This document shows positions 28,089-35,038 of a stretch of 64,000 nucleotides of DNA, in pieces. Position 1 is the stretch's first letter; each line of letters opens with the position of its first letter. Under the pieces are notes generated by a model. That model ran no database searches and was not told the DNA's origin. It saw only the letters and a program-made list of their open reading frames with translations. The stretch covers positions 40,806 through 104,805 of the forward strand of contig NZ_JBILQX010000001.1 in NCBI RefSeq assembly GCF_044372965.1, in the 5' to 3' direction. The stretch is from Elstera sp. Its GTDB lineage: Bacteria > Pseudomonadota > Alphaproteobacteria > Elsterales > Elsteraceae. Both the position numbers and the translations under genes were made by a program.

Positions 28089-28748
28089 ATGCCCCTCACC
28101 CCCGCCCAATCCGTCGCCCGACTCCTGCTCGAAATCGAAGCGGTGCATATTCGCCCGCAACAGCCGTTTACGCTCACCTCGGGCACCTTCAGCCCGGTGT
28201 ATGTGGATTGCCGCAAGATTATCGGCTTCCCGCGCGCCCGCACCGCCGTGATCGATTTCGCCGTGCAGAACATCGCTGAGAATATCGGCTACGAGCAGAT
28301 CGATGCAGTTGCGGGCGGGGAGACGGCGGGCATTCCTTACGCCGCGTGGCTCGCCGACAGGCTGGGCTTGCCGATGCTTTACGTGCGCAAAAAACCCAAA
28401 GGGTTCGGGCGGAATGCTCAGATCGAGGGGCATTTTAAGGATGGCGACCGCGTGCTGCTGGTGGAAGACCTAGCAAGCCAGGGCAGCAGCAAGATCACCT
28501 TTATCAACGCCCTGCGCGAAGCCGGGGCGCGCTGCGACCATACCCTCGTCGTCTTCTTCTACGCCGCCCTCACAGGGAGCTTGCAGGTGCTGGATGACCT
28601 CAACGTTACCCTGCACTACCTCTCCACCTGGAAAGAGGTGCTGGAAGTGGCAGATATCGATAGCCGTATTGCAAGTGCCGATTTAGCCGAAGTCCGCAGC
28701 TTCCTTGCCAACCCCGATGCATGGTCGAAAGCCCACGGCGGGCCGTAA
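28089..28748 (+). CDS. pyrE: Orotate phosphoribosyltransferase
   Basis: FTLTSGTFSPVYVDCRKI and the PRPP-binding loop VLLVEDLASQGSS. ATG at 28089. Confidence 0.9.
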   Translation: MPLTPAQSVARLLLEIEAVHIRPQQPFTLTSGTFSPVYVDCRKIIGFPRARTAVIDFAVQNIAENIGYEQIDAVAGGETAGIPYAAWLADRLGLPMLYVRKKPKGFGRNAQIEGHFKDGDRVLLVEDLASQGSSKITFINALREAGARCDHTLVVFFYAALTGSLQVLDDLNVTLHYLSTWKEVLEVADIDSRIASADLAEVRSFLANPDAWSKAHGGP

Positions 28749-28794
28749 GTTGCCCCCGCCCCCGGCAAATTTCGGGGGAGCGGTTATCGCAGGC

Positions 28795-29085
28795 TTACGA
28801 GTTACTGTTTGCGACTTTGGCCGCTATCCGGTCGGTTGAGAGAGCCCGTAGTTCACGCTGCAAGTTATGAATCTTGCAGCTTATATCGCTTTGCGTGTTT
28901 AGAAGGGATTGATACGCTTCGAAGAAAACATGCTTATCACTATCGAGCAATCTCATCTGATAATTTGTGTGAATATCGCTTTCCACGAGTGATCTGCTAA
29001 TCTTTATAAAACGATCCATTTCGCTTGATAGCAAAACTAAACAAGCAAGATTATATGATAAAATGTTTTCGGCTCTTTGAGTCAT
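28795..29085 (-). CDS. Small alpha-helical hypothetical protein (H1), paralogue of 31576..31950
   Basis: AT-rich ORF. RAENILSYNLACLVLLSSEMDRFIKISRSL aligns with RARY-LAANLSCLNLMVIELEKLIQLGTEL of H2 (11/30 identical by hand). ATG at 29085 has an AGGGTG SD; GTG at 29094 is the alternative. Confidence 0.5.
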   Translation of the reverse strand: MTQRAENILSYNLACLVLLSSEMDRFIKISRSLVESDIHTNYQMRLLDSDKHVFFEAYQSLLNTQSDISCKIHNLQRELRALSTDRIAAKVANSNS

Positions 29086-29178
29086 TTTTAGCACCCTGGC
29101 ACGATCTATATTTAGATTAATTTTCCGATATTATTTTAATTTTCGCATTTCTTATCCTCATTTTTGCGAGAAGATAGT

Positions 29179-29239
29179 GTTTGCGGCCTCACCGTGGCGA
29201 GATGGGCATGGGTGCCAGGGAATCGGTGAGGCCGCAAAC
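29179..29239. repeat. Perfect 16-bp inverted repeat with 29-nt loop
   Basis: GTTTGCGGCCTCACCG (29179-29194) and CGGTGAGGCCGCAAAC (29224-29239). G+C-rich, set in an AT-rich intergenic region, with no flanking T/A run. Confidence 0.6.
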
Positions 29240-29295
29240 AACGCACCGCCGAGCGTGGCGTTACGCAGCTCTACTCAAAGCGTTTTTGGCTCAAA

Positions 29296-29324
29296 CTGGC
29301 GTCCACGCCCACAGGGCAGGACGC
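29296..29324 (+). repeat. Copy 1 of a 29-nt hairpin-containing motif
   Basis: CTGGCGTCCACGCCCACAGGGCAGGACGC. Matches 32093-32121 at 27/29 positions. Internal stem GCGTCC/GGACGC, followed by a T-rich tail (AAAATTCACTTATTTTT). Confidence 0.6.
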
Positions 29325-29359
29325 AAAATTCACTTATTTTTAGCGCGATACATACGATG

Positions 29360-30529
29360 TTATTCAAAAGCATGCGTCTCATGAACCCGATGCGCTTGCA
29401 GCCATTGGGTCGGGGCGCACCCTGTCAAGCGTTTGAAGGCAGCATTAAAAGCGGATTTCGAATTGTACCCCACCAACAAGGCGACCTCTAAAATCGTCTT
29501 CTCGGTCCCCGCCGACGATAGCAGGATAGACTGCGCATCTTGTATTCGGAGCGCGTTGAGATATTCCGAAAAACTCTGCCCTAAACCATCGTTCAAGGCT
29601 TGGGAGATATATTCTCGGCGAATCGAAAGATGATCGGCTAAGGATTGCACCGTAAGGTTCGAATCGCGCCAGAGCTTACCTACCCGAAATTCAGTCTCAA
29701 TCCGGCCAACGATCCTTTGAATATCGGCATCGTCCAAACCCGATTTCTGATAGCGCACGGTTGGCGCGCTGGGCGGGCTCACTTGAAAGATAACAGGCCG
29801 TGCCTTCAGGGGTTTCCGCGCCCAAAACGCATAAGGTTGCGTGATTGCCTGAAATGTCATGAAATATACGACAATTGAAAATATCAAAATATCGATATCC
29901 ATTAATAGCATCCAGTCAAAATAATGATTTAAAACAACATTCGACATAAAAAATGCTGCCCAGCAGGTAAGAAGCGACCGGAAAAAGGCACAAATCCATC
30001 GTTTAGAATAATTATTCTTGAAGTGAGTCGCGGAGATTAATTTCCAAATGAATATAATCCCCCCACCCTGATGCAGGGTGACAAGCGCAACGCAAAATTT
30101 TATTGCGCCCTCAAAATCTTGATAGGCAGAAGCAATATCATCTGTATTACCGATAATAGCGCTGCGATAGAAACAAAAATAAAAGACAGGGAGGGACGTT
30201 ATAAAAATAAAAATTGATATAATTGAGTTTACTGTGAAAAATTTCTTAACACCCATATCTGGGTGAATAGATATTTTGAAATATGACAGCCCGAAAGGAG
30301 AGATTAACGTCATGAAAAAAAGATTTACAATATATCCATACGGACGCAATTCGAGCGCGATTAAACGCAAACTCACACCTGTAAAAATAGAAATTATATA
30401 AAAAACCAAAAATGCAACAAAAAAATAATTAGCCTTTGTCCGACGCGCTTTCCTAAGAAGCAACAATATAATAAAAAATGCTAGATTTACTGCCGTAAGT
30501 AATACCAAGAACTGTGAAACAATCTGCAT
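29360..30529 (-). CDS. Membrane-anchored AraC-family transcriptional regulator (multi-TM N-terminus + C-terminal HTH)
   Basis: The C-terminal 100 aa (LTVQSLADHLSIRREYISQALNDGLGQSFSEYLNALRIQDAQSILL...ILEVALLVGYNSKSAFNAAFKRLTGCAPTQW) form an AraC double HTH. The N-terminal ~250 aa contain about 7 hydrophobic helices. A spot count on a coding line gives ~37% G+C. ATG at 30529 has an AGGTG SD; the ORF opens at TTG 30616. Confidence 0.8.
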   Translation of the reverse strand: MQIVSQFLVLLTAVNLAFFIILLLLRKARRTKANYFFVAFLVFYIISIFTGVSLRLIALELRPYGYIVNLFFMTLISPFGLSYFKISIHPDMGVKKFFTVNSIISIFIFITSLPVFYFCFYRSAIIGNTDDIASAYQDFEGAIKFCVALVTLHQGGGIIFIWKLISATHFKNNYSKRWICAFFRSLLTCWAAFFMSNVVLNHYFDWMLLMDIDILIFSIVVYFMTFQAITQPYAFWARKPLKARPVIFQVSPPSAPTVRYQKSGLDDADIQRIVGRIETEFRVGKLWRDSNLTVQSLADHLSIRREYISQALNDGLGQSFSEYLNALRIQDAQSILLSSAGTEKTILEVALLVGYNSKSAFNAAFKRLTGCAPTQWLQAHRVHETHAFE

Positions 30530-30835
30530 AACCACACCTGGGACACTAATTTTGGGAGCACACTCTCTAACTCGCGAGTCGCTCAATCCCATACCAGGTC
30601 TTTTGTGGACAGACAATATACAATTAGAAAAAAATTGATGGAGACATCCAAAGAGCGCGTCATCAAAAATATTAACAAAACACTAACGCAATATAAAATA
30701 AGAAATTCTATAAATATTAATATTTTTTATATGAATTCTAAACGTAGAATACAAAAATAATAAAATAAATACACAAGCCAATAGGGGCGATATATAAGCT
30801 ATACGCTATACATTGCCCCCAGTAAAAAGCACATC

Positions 30836-31579
30836 TTACTTCCAGTCATTAACACCGTAGCGCATGAGAATCGCATTCAACTCGCCGGATGCCCGGAGCG
30901 CGCGGATTCCTGCATCGAATGTTGCCGCCAAATCCCGACTTCTAGCGGGCGATGCTGGAGATAATCCGAAATAGATCGCTTCCCCAGCCAAACACCCCGC
31001 CTTGGCGAGCTTGAGATTATTGGCCTTGATATAGTAGGAGCCAACGCCATCATCTTCCAATAGAATGGTCAACCGACCAGCGGCCAGTTTTCTAAAATTT
31101 TGATCGGTCCCACTGGTTGCCGTTAGGAAATCGACCGAAGCGGCATTAGCACGGTCCTCCAGCCAATCGGTTATTTCGGCATAAGAGACATCGCGCAAAG
31201 CGCCAATCTTCTGCCCTTTCAGACTTGCCGTGCCCTTGTACTGCCAGTCCGAATCCTCCCGGCGGAAAAAGCAATACCGTTGTACCCCGATTGGCTCCTC
31301 GGGAAAAATAAAGTCCGGCGCTTCAGTCTTGGCGGGGGACAGCGCCGCCGCAAAATCTCCTTGCCGTGTGCTTTCGAGAGCGCGCGCCCAAGAGGCGAAC
31401 GTCACAGAAACATTGTGTCCGCTGCGCTCTAAAACCCGTTTCGTAATATCGACAGCGTACCCCAAATCAGACGAATTCTCGCAAACAAAAGGGCAAAAAT
31501 CGGTCGTTATGATCTTCACTTCCTGGGCCTGCGCGGAAAAAGTGAAAATCAACGCACACAAAACACCTAGTTTTTTCAT
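30836..31579 (-). CDS. Periplasmic solute-binding protein (family 3 / amino-acid-binding type), orphan
   Basis: Signal peptide MKKLGVLCALIFTFSAQA and the two-lobe SBP pattern (YAVDITKRVLERSGHNV...FASWARAL...GDFAAAL...IGALRDVSY). Strong GGAGG SD. No permease or ATPase gene adjacent. Confidence 0.8.
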   Translation of the reverse strand: MKKLGVLCALIFTFSAQAQEVKIITTDFCPFVCENSSDLGYAVDITKRVLERSGHNVSVTFASWARALESTRQGDFAAALSPAKTEAPDFIFPEEPIGVQRYCFFRREDSDWQYKGTASLKGQKIGALRDVSYAEITDWLEDRANAASVDFLTATSGTDQNFRKLAAGRLTILLEDDGVGSYYIKANNLKLAKAGCLAGEAIYFGLSPASPARSRDLAATFDAGIRALRASGELNAILMRYGVNDWK

Positions 31580-31950
31580 GTTTTTCCTCCAGATAAGATT
31601 GACTTAACGCTATCCGATAACAGAATTATGTTTCTTTTAATTTCGGAGTTCATTGAATTGAGTCCATTATTATAGCGATATATAGTGTTAATAACATTTT
31701 GATCATTGGGATCGTCACCGAGCATATTCCGCATGCACTGTTCCAACTCCGTACCAAGTTGGATGAGTTTTTCGAGTTCGATGACCATCAAGTTCAAACA
31801 GGAAAGATTCGCGGCCAAGTATCTCGCGCGAAAATCCTCACGATCATCCATCAATGTCAGTTGAAGCTGAGCAATCGCGTCAAACGGCTTCAACTCAGTT
31901 CCGCCTGAACAGAGGCGCGTTATGGCAGAGGGCGGGTGTTGTGCGGACAT
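31576..31950 (-). CDS. Small alpha-helical hypothetical protein (H2), paralogue of H1, translationally coupled to the SBP gene
   Basis: The stop TGA overlaps the SBP ATG (ATGA at 31576-31579). Similarity to H1 begins at internal Met34 (alternative start 31851). Confidence 0.5.
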   Translation of the reverse strand: MSAQHPPSAITRLCSGGTELKPFDAIAQLQLTLMDDREDFRARYLAANLSCLNLMVIELEKLIQLGTELEQCMRNMLGDDPNDQNVINTIYRYNNGLNSMNSEIKRNIILLSDSVKSILSGGKT

Positions 31951-32092
31951 CGCGTCATCATCCCCTAGATGGGATCGTGTTGCTGAGGCGTCGACGGCGC
32001 GAACTTGGGATATGACAGGGGTGCCCGCGCCGCCAACGATCAGGGGATAACGGCCCGCCTGACTGGCGCAAATTGCGGGAAAATGGGCGGTT

Positions 32093-32121
32093 CTGGCGTC
32101 CTCGCCGACAGGGCAGGACGC
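32093..32121 (+). repeat. Copy 2 of the 29-nt hairpin-containing motif
   Basis: CTGGCGTCCTCGCCGACAGGGCAGGACGC followed by GACTTATTTAAAAATT. Same orientation as copy 1. Confidence 0.6.
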
Positions 32122-32261
32122 GACTTATTTAAAAATTATCTGGAATTCTGTATTTAGTTATGATCGACGATTGAGACCGTGCGCCAATATACGCGCACCA
32201 TACCCTAATCTCCCAAAGGCTTGGCAAGGAGCAACAGCGCAGAGAACTGCCGCCCGCTACA

Positions 32262-32285
32262 CCCCCCCCCCCCCCCCCCCCCCCC
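32262..32285. repeat. Homopolymeric C24 (G24 on the gltX-sense strand) tract
   Basis: 24 consecutive C. The count was cross-checked against the translation of ORF 32221..32409 (H then P x8). It lies 29 nt beyond the gltX stop codon. Confidence 0.95.
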
Positions 32286-32314
32286 GGGCCGACGGCATTC
32301 CCTCCATCCCTTAA

Positions 32315-33700
32315 TTAGGCGAGCGCGTCGGCGAGTCGCCCGAGGCTTTCTTCGCGCCCGAGCAGCGCCATCACCTCGGCAACGCCAGGGGAATTGGTTC
32401 GCCCGGTGAGCGCCGCCCGCAGGGGTTGGCCGAGTTTGACGAAGGGCACGTCCAGCGCTTTGGCCTGGGCTTTCACCAGCGCGGCCAACGCATCGTGCGA
32501 CCAATCATCAACGCCCTGCAACGCCTCATACACGGCGCGAACGCGGGCGAGCGCCTCCTCGGTCAGAACCGCGTGCGCCGCCTCTTCCACCGGAATCGGG
32601 CGCGGGGCGAGGTAGAAAGCCGCCGTTTCGGCTAAGTGAGGGACGGTTTTCGCCCGCTCCTTCAGCCCCGGCATCGCCGCCGTCAGCAGGGCTTTCGCCG
32701 GATCGTCGGGCGCGCGGCCCAGGTGCGGCAGAATGAGTTCCGCAAGGCGCGCATCATCGGCGTGTTTCATAAAGTGGAAATTGGCCGAAACCAGCGCGTC
32801 GGCATCGAGCCGCGCCGGGGATTTACCCAAATGCGACAGGTCGAACGCCGGAGCCGCGCTCTCCATCGTCGGATGCTCCAGCCCCGAGGCCCAGCCGAGC
32901 CCCATCAGGTAGGAGACCACCGCTTCCGGCAGGAAGCCTTGATCGCGATACTCGCCAATCCCGACCGCGCCGTGACGCTTGGAAAGCTTCTGCCCGTCCG
33001 GCCCGTGAATGAGCGGAATATGGGCATAAACCGGGCGCGCAACGCCCAAGGCGTCATAGATCTGCGCTTGGCGGGCGGCGTTGGTCATATGATCGTCGCC
33101 GCGAATAATATGGGTCACGCCCATATCGATATCGTCCACCACGGTCGAGAGCATATAGGTCGGCGAGCCGTCGCCGCGCAGCAGGATGAAATCATCGAGA
33201 TCGGAGTTGGCGAAGGTGATCGTGCTATGCACCCGGTCGGGGATGATCGTGCTGCCCGTGCGCGGGGTTTTCAGGCGAATGACGAAGGGCGCGCCCGCTG
33301 GGGCCTCGCTCGGGTCGCGGTCGCGCCAGCGGCCATCGTAGCGCGGCGGCAGCCCGCGCCGGGCGGCTGCCTTGCGCATCTCTTCCAGTTCTTCAGCAGT
33401 CGCGTAGCAGCGATAGGCTTTTCCCGCCGCCAGCAATTGTTCCGCGACTTCCACGTGCCGGGTGAGGCGCTGGTGCTGAAACACCGGCTCGCCGTCGAAT
33501 TTCAGGCCGAGCCAGTCCAGCCCCTCGAAAATCGCCTGAACCGCCGCGTCGGTCGAACGCTCGCGGTCGGTATCATCGATCCGCAGCAGCGCTTTGCCGC
33601 CCGTGTGGCGGGCGTACAGAAGGGTAAACAGGGCGGTGCGCGCCCCGCCGATATGCAGCATCCCCGTCGGCGACGGGGCGAAACGTGTGATGGTGCTCAT
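32315..33700 (-). CDS. gltX: Glutamate--tRNA ligase
   Basis: MSTITRFAPSPTGMLHIGGARTALF (HIGH motif) and KLSKRHG (KMSKS motif). Confidence 0.95.
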   Translation of the reverse strand: MSTITRFAPSPTGMLHIGGARTALFTLLYARHTGGKALLRIDDTDRERSTDAAVQAIFEGLDWLGLKFDGEPVFQHQRLTRHVEVAEQLLAAGKAYRCYATAEELEEMRKAAARRGLPPRYDGRWRDRDPSEAPAGAPFVIRLKTPRTGSTIIPDRVHSTITFANSDLDDFILLRGDGSPTYMLSTVVDDIDMGVTHIIRGDDHMTNAARQAQIYDALGVARPVYAHIPLIHGPDGQKLSKRHGAVGIGEYRDQGFLPEAVVSYLMGLGWASGLEHPTMESAAPAFDLSHLGKSPARLDADALVSANFHFMKHADDARLAELILPHLGRAPDDPAKALLTAAMPGLKERAKTVPHLAETAAFYLAPRPIPVEEAAHAVLTEEALARVRAVYEALQGVDDWSHDALAALVKAQAKALDVPFVKLGQPLRAALTGRTNSPGVAEVMALLGREESLGRLADALA

Positions 33701-33812
33701 GCCGGGCTTTGTAGCAGCGGGCGACGGTTTGGGCTAGGGTGGAGGCTCTCTGATGTTCGGGTCAACCCGCTTTCGCATTGGCTAACATGTATAAAGTAAT
33801 TTTTGAGTTAAC

Positions 33813-34298
33813 ATGAACCCAAACTCCCATCACTTCCTACGCTTAACCGTATACGCAGGATGCGAGATTCTTATTTATAGCCTTATACCCATGATAATAA
33901 TTTTATTCCTCCAATGGTTATTTTTTGCTTTGGCGGCATTTATATTTTTTCCAATACTCATTTTTGGTGGCGCAGGCTGGTGGGGCTTTATTAAAACAGC
34001 CTCTCGAACACTCAAAGGTGAGTCGAGCTTTAGGATGTTCGATACCGTTATGATATTCTTTGGAATGGTTATCTATGCGCCATATCTAATATGGGCCGGT
34101 GACAGTTTTTTTATGACGAAAACCTCAGGTGCTGGGACTGTAATTGCCTATTTGATTAATCTGTCACCGATTTTAATGGGAGTAACCTTGCTCGTTCGGC
34201 GCTTTCTTCTGACGCTCAAGCGCCCCGTCGCCGTCGATCCCACGCAAACAGTAGTGGCGCTAGAACCCGATCATAGAGCGCCACCGCCAGCGGTTTGA
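33813..34298 (+). CDS. AT-rich small membrane protein, four predicted TM helices (cassette B1)
   Basis: ATG start. Hydrophobic blocks at about aa 10-33, 35-58, 75-95 and 105-128. The last ~26 codons are read antisense through the DCC-derived repeat. A spot count gives ~30% G+C. Confidence 0.5.
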   Translation: MNPNSHHFLRLTVYAGCEILIYSLIPMIIILFLQWLFFALAAFIFFPILIFGGAGWWGFIKTASRTLKGESSFRMFDTVMIFFGMVIYAPYLIWAGDSFFMTKTSGAGTVIAYLINLSPILMGVTLLVRRFLLTLKRPVAVDPTQTVVALEPDHRAPPPAV

Positions 34299-34428
34299 TC
34301 CCCCGCGCGCCGACAATCCGCCCGAGCCAGCGGTAGCGCGGCAGGTGGGACCAGAGCAGCAGGAAGCCGTCCACGCCGATATGCAGCATCCCCGTCGGCA
34401 AAAGGGCGAAACGTGTGACGGTGCTCAT
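34216..34428 (-). pseudogene. Chimeric gltX'-'DCC ORF created by duplication junction
   Basis: MSTVTRFALLPTGMLHIG (GltX codons 1-18) is fused in frame to VDGFLLLWSHLPRYRWLGRIVGARGIKPLAVALYDRVLAPLLFAWDRRR (C-terminus of the DCC protein at 34959..35345). Confidence 0.65.
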
Positions 34429-34476
34429 GCTGGGCTTTGTAGCAGCGGGCGGCGGTTTGCGTTAGGGTTGAGACTG
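34228..34476. repeat. Composite duplicated block: DCC 3' end joined to gltX 5' end/upstream
   Basis: 34231-34383 matches 34971-35123 (9 mismatches in 153 nt by hand). 34374-34476 matches 33646-33748 (10 mismatches in 103 nt). The two overlap at the shared CGCCGATATG. Confidence 0.85.
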
Positions 34477-34507
34477 GTGAGCAGGCACTAATCAAACGAG
34501 ATCAAAT

Positions 34508-35038
34508 TTGTTAAATTTTTTAAAGAGCCCAACCCTAAAAGAGCCCCTCACCCGCACCCAAACGATATACAATATTTTTTTAATCATAATACAAATCTCA
34601 TTATACACCGCATCTCTTTTTAGCAATATTATAATATTGATTATCCTAATTTTATCATCCATTGGAATATTGATTGCAATATTTATTGCATGTATTGTTT
34701 ATTTATTTTCAGATAAACTTTTTTCCGATATTAGAATAGATTATAAAAAGAAAGTTTTTGATGCCAAAACAATAATATTATGCATTGTGTATTTTTTTCT
34801 ATCTATTCCTGCGTTATTTATAATCATATTTATAGGTGGTTACGAAGATTGGCCGGAATATATTTACATGATTATATTGTTCATGCCCTTCAACCCCATA
34901 CTGACCCTTACAGCCCTATCAACCCGGCGGCACTTCTATCGCCGACTCGCAAACAGCATCACGATGCCCGCCGCCGATCCCACGCAAACAGCAGCGGCGC
35001 CAGAACCCGATCATAGAGCGCCACCGCCAGCGGCTTGA
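34508..35038 (+). CDS. Very AT-rich small membrane protein, four predicted TM helices (cassette B2)
   Basis: Only a TTG start is available. Hydrophobic blocks at about aa 20-40, 41-68, 88-112 and 118-140. The C-terminal tail DPTQTAAAPEPDHRAPPPAA is encoded antisense to the DCC 3' end. A spot count gives ~20% G+C. Confidence 0.4.
   Translation: MLNFLKSPTLKEPLTRTQTIYNIFLIIIQISLYTASLFSNIIILIILILSSIGILIAIFIACIVYLFSDKLFSDIRIDYKKKVFDAKTIILCIVYFFLSIPALFIIIFIGGYEDWPEYIYMIILFMPFNPILTLTALSTRRHFYRRLANSITMPAADPTQTAAAPEPDHRAPPPAA

Noticed and set aside
32205-32504. ORFs crossing the C24 tract (99 aa minus strand with poly-Gly, 62 aa plus strand with poly-Pro)
   Set aside because: They exist only because the homopolymer lacks stops. 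Each overlaps the gltX 3' end or intergenic DNA, with no SD and no coherent sequence.
32636-33799. 387-aa + strand ORF opposite gltX. Similar long antisense ORFs occur at 36920..38170, 52668..54032, 56665..57888, 60241..61047 and 63248..64000.
   Set aside because: All lie opposite confidently identified genes and are Arg/Gly/Pro/His-rich with no domain-like features. 63248..64000 is opposite the acyl-CoA dehydrogenase that runs off the window.
28780-35000. Search for integrase, transposase, terminal inverted repeats or a tRNA target that would define the AT-rich patches as classical genomic islands or IS elements
   Set aside because: None found in any frame. The only tRNA (55641..55715) is 20 kb away, so the patches are reported as islands of unknown mobility rather than as mobile elements.
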